From assembly GCA_963695555.1 (NCBI GenBank), contig CAVOGR010000008.1, positions 1 to 53,009 of the forward strand: a DNA stretch of 53,009 nt, in the 5' to 3' direction. Under the pieces are notes generated by a model. The model ran no database searches and was not told the origin of the DNA. It saw only the letters and a list, made by a program, of their open reading frames with translations. A program made the position numbers and the translations under genes. Numbering within the stretch: the stretch's first letter is position 1; the number at the start of each line of letters is the position of its first letter. Positions 23,128 through 33,727 of this stretch are shown here, in pieces. The DNA is from an uncultured Gemmatimonadales bacterium. GTDB taxonomy: Bacteria > Gemmatimonadota > Gemmatimonadetes > Gemmatimonadales > GWC2-71-9.

Positions 23128-23765
23128 GAGGACTCGGCTCCTGCTCTCAGACCAGGCTCAACGAACCGGCGGAACTTGTGGAACAGATCGATGGGGGTTC
23201 CCTGCGCCCCACCCGGACAGCCATCCACTTCGGGACCGCCGATACCGCAGGCCAGTTCGAGTGTCACCAGACCGTGGGCGACGCTCCAGAGAAAGTGGAC
23301 GATCACATCCGGCTCGGCATCCGACCTGACCGTGCCCGCTTCGATTGCATCGACCACGCATTGGCGGAGCAGAAAGTAGCCGCCGCCACCCGGCAGCTCC
23401 TCGATGGTGCGAGGCGTGGGCGACCGGATGCCGAAAAGAACGCGGAAGTGCTCTTGGTTCTCGAGGGCGAAGCGGATGTAGGACTCGCCGAGTGCCGCCA
23501 GTCGCTCGATCGATCCCTTGGGATGAAGCTCGACCGCCTGCTCCAAGTAGCGCTCGAATCGGCGGTAGCCGCTGATGACGACTTCCTCCACCAACGCCTG
23601 CTTGCTCTCGAAGTGGTGGTAAATCGCGGTCGCGCTCACGCCGGCGCGCTCGGCCACGCCGCGCATGGAAAGGGCGTCGAGCCCGCCGGTGGCCAAGACG
23701 TCGCGGGCAATAGCAAGGATTGTGTCGCGAAGCTGCTCGGTGCGGACCTGGGTGGGCAATGCCAT
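23124..23765 (-). CDS. TetR/AcrR family regulator
   Basis: HTH LSMRGVAERAGVSATAIYHHF; WHG-like C-terminus. Confidence 0.92.
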   Translation of the reverse strand: MALPTQVRTEQLRDTILAIARDVLATGGLDALSMRGVAERAGVSATAIYHHFESKQALVEEVVISGYRRFERYLEQAVELHPKGSIERLAALGESYIRFALENQEHFRVLFGIRSPTPRTIEELPGGGGYFLLRQCVVDAIEAGTVRSDAEPDVIVHFLWSVAHGLVTLELACGIGGPEVDGCPGGAQGTPIDLFHKFRRFVEPGLRAGAESS

Positions 23766-23815
23766 TCGAAGGCTGTTCCCTCCCTCTGGTTGGACGGAGA
23801 GTGCCAGAACCTGCA

Positions 23816-23844
23816 GTTAACGGCGTTAAGTTAACGGTGTTAAG
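23816..23844. promoter_or_regulatory. Tandem palindromic operator (TTAAC-GGY-GTTAA x2), likely TetR site
   Basis: GTTAACGGCGTTAAGTTAACGGTGTTAAG lies 50-80 bp upstream of the tetR start. Confidence 0.7.
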
Positions 23845-23975
23845 AGACGGGGGCAAGGGGAAGAAAGGGAGTCGGGAGTCGGGAGTAGGGAGTGGGCAGA
23901 ACATCGGAGAAGGCCACGCTGTGCCAAAACCTGGCCGATTCCTCCTACTGCTCCCTGCTCCCTGCTCCCTTCTCC

Positions 23976-24494
23976 CTACTCCCGCTCGTACCCTCTCAGC
24001 CTGTCGTACGCTTCGATCTGCGCGGAGTCGAGGACGGCTCGAGTGGAGAGGTGTGCAGCCAGGTGCGCATATCTCAGCTCGCCCTGGAGGGTCGCGATCT
24101 CGGCCGTGGCCTTCCGGAGTGAAACGGAGTCGATGTGCCCGTGGCGGAACCGGAGGCCGAGGGAGCGCTCCGCTTCGATGATGCGCGCCCCGAGGTCGAC
24201 GGCCTCTGCTGACATTGCCTTCCGAATCGCAGCGACCTGCTCGCGCTGCGTGGCTGAGAGGCCCAAGGAATCGGCCAGCTCGAGTACGTGTTTCGGGCCG
24301 GGGTAGCGGTTTAATTCGGCGGCGCGGGCCAAGCCCATCCCCGCCCCGTCGCGGAGATCGGCCTGCTCTTTCGCGGAGAGCGATGGAATCTCGCTCCGCT
24401 CGTGGCCGGCATAGGGAGAGTGCTCGTGCTCCTGGGCCGCGACCGATGAGAGTCCGGCCACGGTGAGTCCTAGTATCAAGGCGCTTGTGCGCAT
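23976..24494 (-). CDS. Spy/CpxP-like periplasmic protein (heavy-metal-binding type)
   Basis: Signal peptide, HSPYAG and GMGLARAAELNRYPGPKHVL motifs. Confidence 0.7.
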   Translation of the reverse strand: MRTSALILGLTVAGLSSVAAQEHEHSPYAGHERSEIPSLSAKEQADLRDGAGMGLARAAELNRYPGPKHVLELADSLGLSATQREQVAAIRKAMSAEAVDLGARIIEAERSLGLRFRHGHIDSVSLRKATAEIATLQGELRYAHLAAHLSTRAVLDSAQIEAYDRLRGYERE

Positions 24495-24547
24495 TCAGGC
24501 TCCTTTGCTTGCACGGGGGACAGATCTTCGGGTCGCTGTACTACGCT

Positions 24548-25315
24548 CTACTTACGGCTCCCTACTCCCTGCCGTTCAATGGCCTCGGCTGCCGCCGCCT
24601 GGAGAATCACCGCGGTGGCGGGATCGACGTAAACCTCGCCCAACCGTGTCGTGACGGCACTCGGGAGCCCCACGGGCGAGCGCCCGGTTAAACCACCGAA
24701 CATGACCAGCGCACCTAGGTAGCTCCCCATGGGGCTCGGGTGAAAGCCATCGGGACCGTACAGCGGCAGCGACGAGTCCCGGGCCCAGGCGATGCGCCAC
24801 GCGTCACCCACCGGCAACAGCAGCCCGTCGACTCGCTCAGCCGCCATCCTGTAGGACTCGCTCACCCCGTCGAAGTCGAACGAGCGCGCCTTAGCCGGCC
24901 ATATCATATAGAGTGCCGGCTCGGCGCCATGGGCCCGGATCTCTCCGGCGAGGCGTTCGCTGTATTCCAGGAGCGAGGGCCTGCCCTCGGTGGCCGATGG
25001 GCCCTGTTGCAACACAACGAAATCCCACTCGCCTTCCCTGATGGCCTGGCGGGCCTGGCCCGTGCTCCAGTGGTCCTCGAGACCGAAGTTGGGATAGGCC
25101 ACGGTGGTCACGCTGACTGGCCCGGCCGCGGCCGAATCGATCAGGGCCTTGACCATGCCGGGGAGGTCGTTGGTGGCGGTGAGGCTGTTGCCGATGAACA
25201 GGACGCGTAACTCTGACGGACTGTCTTGTTGTTGAGCTCCGCTAGCGGGCGCCGCACAGCCAGCCAGAAAGGCCAGCGCCACGAGAAACACCGATCCGCC
25301 GAGGCTACGAGTCAT
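24548..25315 (-). CDS. SGNH/GDSL hydrolase-like lipoprotein
   Basis: FIGNSLT block I; DGFHP block V. Confidence 0.82.
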   Translation of the reverse strand: MTRSLGGSVFLVALAFLAGCAAPASGAQQQDSPSELRVLFIGNSLTATNDLPGMVKALIDSAAAGPVSVTTVAYPNFGLEDHWSTGQARQAIREGEWDFVVLQQGPSATEGRPSLLEYSERLAGEIRAHGAEPALYMIWPAKARSFDFDGVSESYRMAAERVDGLLLPVGDAWRIAWARDSSLPLYGPDGFHPSPMGSYLGALVMFGGLTGRSPVGLPSAVTTRLGEVYVDPATAVILQAAAAEAIERQGVGSRK

Positions 25316-25325
25316 GCCGTTCGCC

Positions 25326-27178
25326 TCACGGATTCCGCTCGAAGGCGATCAGTCCCGAACGCGGGACGGAGAAGATGTGGGCTCCCTGGTCCATCCGGAC
25401 GAGGCCCACCTCCACCTCGCGGCCTCGGGTATCGAAGGTGGTAAAGCGATAGGGCCCCAAGTCAGAATCGGCAGCCACTACGACGCGATCGGCGCTGGTT
25501 GCGTTGATGATGTCGATCTGGGCGAAACCGTCGGCCCGACGCATGGGCACGACTAGCTCTCCGTAGAGCGCCACGATCCGTTTGGCCGCCGAGCGGGCTT
25601 CGACCAGGGGATAGTTCAGGAGCGGCTGCCGAGGTTCGAAGTCGCCCTCTAAGAGTACCGGCCGGTTTCGTATCCAATAATTGGTATAGAACCGGATCAT
25701 CTCGAGGTGGTCGGTCGGAATCTCTCGGAGCCTCACCGATACCTGGGGCACGGCGAACAGCACATTCCATAATTGGAGCGCGGCCGTCTCGACCGATTCA
25801 TCCGGGTGCCACATGACCATGTCGGAGTGCACCGCCGTCGTGCCGCTCAGGAGCCTCAAGTCGACGGTGCGCACCCGATTGGCGGTTGCGGCACCGGGAG
25901 AGTCGCCGGCGCGGAACATGTTGCCGTACTTCCGCATGAGGGGCCCGATGTACGGTTGGCGGAATTCGATCATGACGTCCGGCTCGAGCTTCCGCACCTC
26001 GGTCAGATGTCGGTCATGAGGCGGTCGGTCGCGTCATTGACAGACGCGATGTCGCGCCCGTCGGTGGCCTCCAGGACGGTTTGGTCGTTCGCGACAAAGC
26101 GGCCCAGGAAGTCGAACTTGAACCCGTCCACGCCCCACTCGCGCACGGCGGTGCGGTAGGTCTCGATCACGTGCTGGCGCACCTCGGCATAGCGTGGATC
26201 GAGTTCGTAGGCCCCCTGCCCGTCCCAGTAGCGCAGGTATTTGCCCTTGAACGTCTGGTAGATCTTCGATTGCTCGCCCACCAGCGGCACCGCATACCAC
26301 AACAGGAGCTTCATGCCCCGGCGATGCACCGCGTCGACGAACGCCTTCATGCCGGGCATTCGCAGCGGCTCCCAGTCACCGGTGAACGCATAGCCCCGGT
26401 TGCTGTCCAGGGTCTGCCATCCGTCGTCCACGATGATGGACCGGAAGCCCAACCGCGATGCGACCTCGACTTCTCCCAGGAGCGCGTCCGCCGACACGTT
26501 TTGATGGTAGCTGTACCAGGTGGAATAGGCCGGAAGGACCGCATCCTCGGGGACAGGGGCCGGCGTGTACCCCGGATAGTCGGTCCACCAGGCCGCAACG
26601 TCGCTCAGGGCCCGGGAGTACGGCACGGCGCGCCGGTCGATTCTGACGTCGACGCTGTAGTCCGTGAGCGCACGATGCTTCTCGGTAAAGAAGCCAACAG
26701 TGTTGCGGATGGTGCCGTCTTCTTCCCGAATACCTGAGGTCAGCTGCACGGTGTGCAGGCCCTCAGACACGGCAAAGGTCAGCCGGTTTCCGTCGTCCTC
26801 ACCGAACAGCGTGATGACCGGCGCGTCGCGCGCCAGCATCGAGGTGACGCGCGACGGATACCAGTCCGCGTTCAGCGCCTTTCCGAAGTAGCTCCGGGTG
26901 CTCCAGTGGCCCACGATATCGAGCGACGGAATCGACCACTCGAGTACGATCGGTGGAGGCACCTCCGGCGTTGGGTGGCTGAGGCGGAGGGTGACGACGT
27001 CGAGTCCGGGCTCCAGCTCGGTCTGAGCGACCGCCAGCAAGAATCCGTCGAGGTCGCCAGTGATCCGGTACGGCGTGTCGGCGATGGTGAACGCGGCAAC
27101 CGTGTCCTGCCCAACCACAGGGGTGACGACCACCAGCGCCGCCAGCACCGCGGACGCGAGGAGACTGCGGGGTGACAC
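25326..27178 (-). CDS. Glycoside hydrolase family 36 (alpha-galactosidase), frameshift near 26005
   Basis: YSTWYSYHQ, IIVDDGWQ and DGFKFDF motifs; C-terminal half in ORF 25326..25997. Confidence 0.85.
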
Positions 27179-27219
27179 CGTGCGAGGTGATGGTGGGGCA
27201 ATCGCGCACGGGTGGTGGC

Positions 27220-27750
27220 CTAGTCGGGAAGCTGGAAACATGGAACCTCCTCCGGCTCCACCAAGTCAAGGGAGAGGCTGTACCCGCCGTGTGGTCCCGG
27301 CCTATGGGCTACCACGAGGACCGCCACGTATGGGGAGCGGTACCACGCTGATCGAGAGATGGCATACGAGGGAAGCGGCTGGCTCAGGGCGCCGCAATTG
27401 AACGGGACTGCGCTCGCCGCGGTGAAAGTGGTCTCAAGGCTATCGCGTACCCGGCGCCACGATGACTCATCCGGAAAGCTCCAGAAGCGTTGAACCCGGT
27501 AGTGGCCGGGTGACAATTCCGTGAGCGAGACTACCCCGTCCGCCACAATGCGCCGGCACTGCCGAGTACCGTCCGGCCGTGGTGTGGCGCACGCAGGGTC
27601 GTTCAGGCTCACGCCCAGGGAATCGGCCACCGCGAGGAGGCCATGCCGGGCAGTGGGTGGTCCACAGCCGAGGAGGGCGAGCAACAGCGCGAGTGTCTGG
27701 CCCCTACTGGCCCACCGGCAGAGTCCTCGCACGACATTGACTCGAATCAC
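27220..27750 (-). CDS. Hypothetical lipoprotein
   Basis: GTG start overlapping the M28 stop; LLLALLGC lipobox. Confidence 0.45.
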   Translation of the reverse strand: MIRVNVVRGLCRWASRGQTLALLLALLGCGPPTARHGLLAVADSLGVSLNDPACATPRPDGTRQCRRIVADGVVSLTELSPGHYRVQRFWSFPDESSWRRVRDSLETTFTAASAVPFNCGALSQPLPSYAISRSAWYRSPYVAVLVVAHRPGPHGGYSLSLDLVEPEEVPCFQLPD

Positions 27751-28721
27751 TCGAGGGTTCTCCGTCCATCCGACGCACTCCCGACGATCGTCCACAGCCA
27801 CTCGGCGAAGCTCGCCGTGCCCACCAGCGGAAAGTCTGGACGCCATTCATCCGAGGGTTGATGATAGTGGTCGAACCGCTTCATGGCCTCGTCCCGCTCT
27901 CCTTCGGTGTACCCCTTCCACGTCTTGCCGGGAATCGGAAACAACACCGGCACGCCGCGCGCGGCAAACCAGAACACATCCGAGATAGGCCGGACGGCGG
28001 CCGTCACCGTGGCCCACCCGCGCGAGCGGGCCAGGGAGTCGGCCAGGTGGGCGCCGGGGTGCATCGGCAGGCCACCCATGAGCTGCCACTCGACGGCCTC
28101 GCCGGCGGGCGACCCAGCGTCCACGCCAATCAGCAGTCGCAGCCGCCCGAGGAACGAACCAGCATCGGGCCGCTCGAGCAGGGCCTTCGATCCGAGCAGC
28201 CGCTGCTCTTCCAGGTTGAAGAACATGACGACCAGCGGCCGATCGCCTGGGGAGCGCTCGTAGCGCCTCGCCACGTCGAGCACCATGGCCATTGGAAGGG
28301 CCGCATCGAGAAAGCCGTTGTAGATGGAATCGCCCGACGCATCCGGTGCCCCGACCCCGAGGTGATCCAGATGCGCCGTGATCCCGATCAAATCTCCTGA
28401 GACGGCGCCATCGTGGCTGGGCAGCACACCGACGACGTTGAACACAGTATCCTGGGGACGGGCCTGGGCCACGAACGGAACCAGGAGGCTCCGACCAAAG
28501 AGCGGCCGTGCGCCCAGCCGCTCCAGCTCGGCCGCGAGCCGGCGGGCGGTCATCTCATTCTCGGCGGTCCACGGCCCACGTCCGCGCATGGCGTCGGACG
28601 AGAGCTCGCGAGCAACCGCGGCGATAGTGACTGTGTCCACGCCCGTCGGCGCGGGGCCGTCCGACACGGAACGCGGTGCACATCCCGCAACCAGCAACAC
28701 GGCGGCTAGCACACAACGCAT
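27747..28721 (-). CDS. M28 family peptidase lipoprotein
   Basis: AHLDHLG, IYNGFLDAA, FNLEEQ and HYHQPSD motifs; start MRCVLAAV. Confidence 0.85.
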   Translation of the reverse strand: MRCVLAAVLLVAGCAPRSVSDGPAPTGVDTVTIAAVARELSSDAMRGRGPWTAENEMTARRLAAELERLGARPLFGRSLLVPFVAQARPQDTVFNVVGVLPSHDGAVSGDLIGITAHLDHLGVGAPDASGDSIYNGFLDAALPMAMVLDVARRYERSPGDRPLVVMFFNLEEQRLLGSKALLERPDAGSFLGRLRLLIGVDAGSPAGEAVEWQLMGGLPMHPGAHLADSLARSRGWATVTAAVRPISDVFWFAARGVPVLFPIPGKTWKGYTEGERDEAMKRFDHYHQPSDEWRPDFPLVGTASFAEWLWTIVGSASDGRRTLE

Positions 28722-28798
28722 CTCTTCACCTCGTCGCGGGGGCTCGGCCAGCTCGGCACGGGATAGAGCACGGTCTCTTGCTCCGGTGTGGGGTTCCG

Positions 28799-29248
28799 CT
28801 ACAAGGCCTTCCGGAAGCACCGCACCAGGCCGACCTCGTCGAAGCCGAGGGCCTGGTGCGCCGCCACGCTTGGTGCATTGTCCGGATCTGCATCGGAAGC
28901 GAATTCGCTGCATCCCTGGGCTCGGGCCCATTCCTCCGCCGCGGCGACGAGGACCCGGCCCACGCCCTGCCGCCGAGCCTCGGGAGCCACGTACCAGCCC
29001 TCGAGGTAGGCCACGTGATCCGTGGAGCAACCCTCGGCGCACCACCGGATCGACAGCTCAGCTAGCCCGACCGCTCGCTGCGACGCATCGAACGCGAGCA
29101 ACACCTCGAAGGGCGCCCGGGCCCGAGCGGTGAAATAGGCGTCGATCTCCCCGGCATGTTCATCGAGGCTTCCCTCAGGCCAGAGAGCGGCGCGCAGTTC
29201 GAGCCACGCGTCGCGGTCGCCCCGATCCGCACGGCGCACCGCGATCAC
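28799..29248 (-). CDS. GNAT acetyltransferase, AAC(6')-like
   Basis: WLELRAALWP, YLEGWYV, EFASD and HQALGF motifs. Confidence 0.85.
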   Translation of the reverse strand: MIAVRRADRGDRDAWLELRAALWPEGSLDEHAGEIDAYFTARARAPFEVLLAFDASQRAVGLAELSIRWCAEGCSTDHVAYLEGWYVAPEARRQGVGRVLVAAAEEWARAQGCSEFASDADPDNAPSVAAHQALGFDEVGLVRCFRKAL

Positions 29249-29371
29249 GGGACCGCCACTCCTCGGAGCGCTTCGATGTCCCGCAGGATGCCCGCGACGG
29301 TCGCCTCGACCACCACGCGTCCCTTCTCGACCGTCGCGAGCGTTGCGTCGCCCCAGATGCCGCTCGCCGAG
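29245..29371 (-). pseudogene. 3' fragment of creatininase gene (fused in frame to an SDR-like N-terminus starting at 29439)
   Basis: SASGIWGDATLATVEKGRVVVEA is the creatininase C-terminus and continues ...GIYSASG from 31732-31760. Confidence 0.8.
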
Positions 29372-29444
29372 CCGATGCCGCCCGTCGGGCCGAGCACGAG
29401 GAAGGCGGATGGGCTCTCGTTGTGAGGGTCCGTGAACATGCTCC

Positions 29445-29932
29445 CTACCAAAGGTGCGTACCGGGCGTTCCTTTGAACGGCCCGACGATATTGGGCGTGA
29501 TCCAGCCGCCGTAGAACCCCCCCGGCTGCACAATCACCGGCTCACCGTTCACCAGGCAGGCGTCCATCGGTCCTGCGTAGAATGCGACACGGTCCTCGAG
29601 TTGGTGATACTCCGGCGGCAGGGCTCAGTAGGCCCACGCTGCTGTACTCGCCACCGCCTCCCCCCGGACGTCGAAATACACCGCACTGCCCTTCCATTCG
29701 CACCTGGCCCTTTGCTCAGGGGATGGAGCAGGTCCATGCGAACGTCCGCCGCGGGCAGGTAGTACGCCGGGGGATGGCTGGTTTCCAAGACCCGCCTCGC
29801 AGCGCGGGTATCGGCGATGGTCACCTCATTGTGCACCACCTGGATCCGACCCTGGAACCGCCCCACCCGGGGCGGGCACGGATAGTCCCACACCGACTCC
29901 TGACCTGGCCCCGGCGTCACACGCTGGCGCAA
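29445..29932 (-). CDS. DUF427 domain protein, frameshifted
   Basis: ESVWDYP, VLETSHPPAYY, WCEWKG and QPGGFYGGWITPNIVGPFKG spread over different frames. Confidence 0.8.
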
Positions 29933-31519
29933 TCATCCGATGTCCCCGATATCGAGCAGAGCCCGCACGAACTCGGCGTGTTTCCGAATCCGGCTACGCT
30001 CGCTCCGGCCCATGCGACCCACGTGGGTCAGTGGCAGGCGCATGCGCGGATTCCTGGCGAACCGTTGTTGATTCCTGAGTAGGAAATCCCAATAGAACAC
30101 CGTGAACGGGCAGGCATCGTCCCCGCTTCGCCTCGAGGGGTCGTACCGACAGGTCGAGCAATAGTTGCTCATGCGCCGGATGTACTGGCCCGACGCGGCA
30201 TAGGGTTTGGTGCCGACCACGCCATTGTCGGCATGCATGACCATCCCCAGGGCATTCGGCAGCGTGACCCAATCCACCGCATCGACGTACATGCCAAGGT
30301 ACCAGTCGGACACGGCGCGGGGATGCACCCCGGCGGTCAGGGCAAAGTTGCCCGTCACCATCAGGCGCTGAATATGATGACCGTAGCCGTGGCGCAGCAC
30401 TTGGCCAACGCACTGGCGGAGACACTCCATGTCGGTGACGCCCGTCCAGTAGAGCGTGGGCAGGCGTCCGTGCTGATCCAGGGCGTTTCGCCCGCTATAT
30501 TCGTGGCCTTCCGTCCAATAGATGCCTCGGATGAACTCGCGCCACCCGATCACCTGCCGGACGAAGCCCTCCACGGACTGCAGGGGCGCCTTCCGGTCGT
30601 GGAGCGCAGCCAGGGCGGCGTCAACCGTCTCCCGCGGGTCGAGCAGCTTGAGGTTGAGCGCGGGTGAGAGCAGCGAGTGATAGAGAAAGGATTCATCCGA
30701 CCACATGGCGTCCTGATAGGGGCCGAATTGCGGGAGCCGGTGGGTCATGAACTCCGCGAGCACCTGCAGCGCCTCGCGTCGCGTCGTGGGCCACCCAAAC
30801 GAAGTCACATCGCCTGGGGCGTCGGGAAAGCGCCCCTCGACAACACGAATCACCTCGCGGGTTACCTCGTCCGGGCCGAACCGGATTGGGGCCTTGGCAT
30901 CGGGCCGCTCACGAAACCGCTGTCGGTTGTTCGCGTCATAGTTCCACGAACCGCCAACGGGCCGTCCAGCATCGGTCAGCAGGATACCGAACCGGCGGCG
31001 CTGGGCGCGGTAGAAATGATCGAGCACAGGACGCTTTCGCTGTGCGCGCCAGTTGGCAAAATCGTCCAGGTTGGTGAGGAAATGCGCGTCATCGAGCACG
31101 GTAACTGGAACGCCCGCCTGCTCCCGCCACTCGTCGATCGTCCTCAGCAGGCGATGCTCCCCGGGCTGCACCACGCTGATCCGATCCGGACGAAGGTCGT
31201 GGGCGGCACGCGCCACCTCGCCGGTAAGGGTTTGGGTGTTGGCAGCATGGACCAACGGCACGTAGCGTACCCGCCACCCATCGCGCGACAGTGCCCTCGC
31301 GAAGTGACGCATTGCCGACAAGAACAATACAGTGCGCTGGCGATGGCTTGGGACATGGAGCGCCTCATCGGCGACCTCCATCATAAGAACAGCGTCGCGG
31401 TCGCGACTGGCTTCGGCGAGCGCGTTCGAGTGGCGATCCAGCTGATCGCCCAGCACCACCACGAGCTGCTCGACCCGACCAACCACCGGCGCGTCAACGA
31501 CGCTGGAGCCGGTGCTCAC
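29933..31519 (-). CDS. FeS-containing bacterial cryptochrome/(6-4) photolyase (CryB/PhrB family)
   Basis: LGDQL, EGFVRQVIGWRE, HHIQRLM and TKPYAASG motifs; four Cys (MECL, NYCSTC, ACPF); start uncertain. Confidence 0.9.
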   Translation of the reverse strand: MSTGSSVVDAPVVGRVEQLVVVLGDQLDRHSNALAEASRDRDAVLMMEVADEALHVPSHRQRTVLFLSAMRHFARALSRDGWRVRYVPLVHAANTQTLTGEVARAAHDLRPDRISVVQPGEHRLLRTIDEWREQAGVPVTVLDDAHFLTNLDDFANWRAQRKRPVLDHFYRAQRRRFGILLTDAGRPVGGSWNYDANNRQRFRERPDAKAPIRFGPDEVTREVIRVVEGRFPDAPGDVTSFGWPTTRREALQVLAEFMTHRLPQFGPYQDAMWSDESFLYHSLLSPALNLKLLDPRETVDAALAALHDRKAPLQSVEGFVRQVIGWREFIRGIYWTEGHEYSGRNALDQHGRLPTLYWTGVTDMECLRQCVGQVLRHGYGHHIQRLMVTGNFALTAGVHPRAVSDWYLGMYVDAVDWVTLPNALGMVMHADNGVVGTKPYAASGQYIRRMSNYCSTCRYDPSRRSGDDACPFTVFYWDFLLRNQQRFARNPRMRLPLTHVGRMGRSERSRIRKHAEFVRALLDIGDIG

Positions 31520-31718
31520 GATCGTCGCCCGGCGCAAACGCGCGTACCGGGTCGACACGCGCGCCTGGTCGGCTCCGAGGAACCCGTCGCCCTGGGAGCG
31601 GCCGCCAGGTCCCCCCAGGGCGCGTTGTTGGCTGGTACAGGGCGGGGATTTGTCCGAGGCCAAGAGGCTCGGGCCCGGGCCCGGAGTTTCCGCTGCCGAG
31701 TCCACCGCGTCGGTCCGT

Positions 31719-32438
31719 TCACTCCCGGCACATGCCGCTCGCCGAGTAGATCCCAGGGCCACTGCGCACCCGGGTCAGGCCGCCGCGGCCCTGCCGAGCG
31801 CTGATTTCTTTTTGGGCCTTCCGCATGTCGACCCGGTCCGGCGCGATGTAGAGCATCATGGACGTCTCGATCTCGTCGGCGTGGGTGCCGGCCGCCTGCT
31901 GCCGCACGCTCGCTTCCGCTTCGCCGGCGACGGCGAGGATGTCGGTGTATCGCAGTACGATGCCCCGCTCCGCCAAGATTTCGGCCGCCGCGGCCAGCGG
32001 CCGCGCGGTCGAGACTCCGGTGTTCAGCACATAGAACCGTTTGGGGCCGTAGCCTGCCAGGCTGGTGACGATGTCCACGACCAGGTCTCGCGCCGTCTCG
32101 AACCGGAGGTGGGTCGAGCCCGGGTACTCGAGGAAGGCCGGATAGAAATGGTAGGTGATGGTCGGCGCCACCACGACGTTGCTGGATTCGAGGATGCGCC
32201 GCTTCAGGTACTCCGCCATGTGATAGTCGTTGTCCAGGCGAAGATGGGGCCCATGCTCCTTGGCCGCGGCACCTAGCGCCATCACCACGACCGCATCCGG
32301 AGTCAAGACCACCTCAGCTTCTTGCCAGGTAAGGTCCGCCAAGTCCACGCCTTGCCGCTCGGCAACCTGAGCCACGGCGGGCAGGCTGGTTGTCAGGAGC
32401 CCGCAGCCGATAACCATCTTCCGACGCCATGATCGCAT
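31719..32438 (-). pseudogene. Creatininase family protein, 5' part interrupted by insertion
   Basis: KEHGPHL, YPGS and HADEIETS motifs; ends abruptly at GIYSASGMCRE. Confidence 0.85.
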
Positions 32439-32561
32439 TGGACCTTCCCGGTTTTCTATGGCTCGAGTCAAGGTATCACCAATACCCGTCCGGGCGACGG
32501 ATCGCAACGCACCCCCCTGCCGAACCTTGCGCCCTCTGTCACACGCGCCGATTCTCCACGC

Positions 32562-33455
32562 ATGCGCATCGGGTCGGCCTTTTCGTTCCTGCGGAACATC
32601 CCGGGGTCCCTCGGGCGGATGCTTCGAACGCCGCTAGGCAAGATTGCCGCGGTGCTCGTGCTGGCCGCCTTCGGCTGGTTGGTCTATCAGGCGGTCGCCT
32701 GGCCCGATGTGGCACGGCTCCGCCGATCGAACCCGACGACTACGGCATTTATCGAACGATACCGCGACCGTCGACGGGCGGCGGGGGAGAGCGACCGCGT
32801 GGCCTGGCAGTGGGTGCCGGCCCGTGCCATCAGTCCGAACCTGAAGCGGGCCGTCGTTGCGGCGGAGGACCTCGAGTTCTTCACCCATGCGGGGTTTTCG
32901 GCCAGCGAGGCCCGGGCCGCGCTCCGGAAGGCCATCACCGAGTGGGAGGCGCCACGCGGCGCCTCGACCATCACTCAGCAGCTTGCCAAGAACCTCTGGC
33001 TCTCGCCATCGCGAAATCCGCTGCGAAAGCTCAAGGAGGCCATCCTCACCCGTCAGCTCGAGCGCTCGCTCGGCAAGGACCGGATCCTCGAGATCTACCT
33101 GAACGTGGTGGAGTTCGGACGGGGGATCTACGGGGCGGAGGCCGCCGCTCGACATTACTTCGGGAAGCCGGCTGCAGCGCTCAGCGAATCCGAAGCGGCC
33201 CAGCTCGCGGCCAGCCTGCCGCGGCCGTCCAGCTGGCACCCGGGAGTGGAGAGTAGGTCGTATCGGCGCTACGTGGCCGATATCGAACGCCGGATGGAGC
33301 GGGCCGAGTTTCTCCAGCGGCGAGTGGGCGAGCCCGCGCGCGTGCCGGCCCCAGGTGAGGCAGAGGGTCCGACGCTGAACGACTCTGCCGGGGATAGCAT
33401 TCTCGTTCCCGGCGTGATAGAAACTCAGGATTCTACGGAGCTGCGGCCGCGTTGA
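32562..33455 (+). CDS. mtgA: Monofunctional biosynthetic peptidoglycan transglycosylase
   Basis: AED..FF.H.GF, RGASTITQQLAKNL, RKLKE and KDRILEIYLN (GT51 motifs). Confidence 0.9.
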   Translation: MRIGSAFSFLRNIPGSLGRMLRTPLGKIAAVLVLAAFGWLVYQAVAWPDVARLRRSNPTTTAFIERYRDRRRAAGESDRVAWQWVPARAISPNLKRAVVAAEDLEFFTHAGFSASEARAALRKAITEWEAPRGASTITQQLAKNLWLSPSRNPLRKLKEAILTRQLERSLGKDRILEIYLNVVEFGRGIYGAEAAARHYFGKPAAALSESEAAQLAASLPRPSSWHPGVESRSYRRYVADIERRMERAEFLQRRVGEPARVPAPGEAEGPTLNDSAGDSILVPGVIETQDSTELRPR

Positions 33456-33650
33456 TCACTCGTGCCGCGCGGTGCGTTCCGTCCAGAGCCATACCGCGAG
33501 CGCGGCCGGCCCGATGCTGGCGACGACGCTGGCCCACATGGGAACGGCAGTGCCATCCACCGTGACCGATACGCCGAGTATGAGTCGGAGCAGGTGCAGG
33601 AGTGCGACGACAAAGAGGAAGAGGACGGTGACGGTCGTGGCGGGTTTCAT
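33456..33650 (-). CDS. Small two-TM membrane protein
   Basis: MKPATTVTVLFLFVVALLHLLRL with a GGAGG RBS. Confidence 0.65.
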   Translation of the reverse strand: MKPATTVTVLFLFVVALLHLLRLILGVSVTVDGTAVPMWASVVASIGPAALAVWLWTERTARHE

Positions 33651-33727
33651 GGGACCTCCCCGGTTCGTTGGATCGGCCTTGCGTGAGACTGATCGAATGC
33701 GGGGCGCCCGACGGCCCATCCTACAGG

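Larger units (their letters stand above)
29357..31746. mobile_element. 2,375-bp insertion bounded by 15-bp direct repeat ATGCCGCTCGCCGAG
   Basis: Repeat at 29357..29371 and 31732..31746; removing one copy plus the intervening DNA restores the creatininase ORF; no recombinase inside. Confidence 0.6.

Noticed and set aside
28799..29248. Acquired aminoglycoside resistance cassette
   Set aside because: AAC(6')-like sequence but embedded in a chromosomal operon with no attC; activity cannot be inferred
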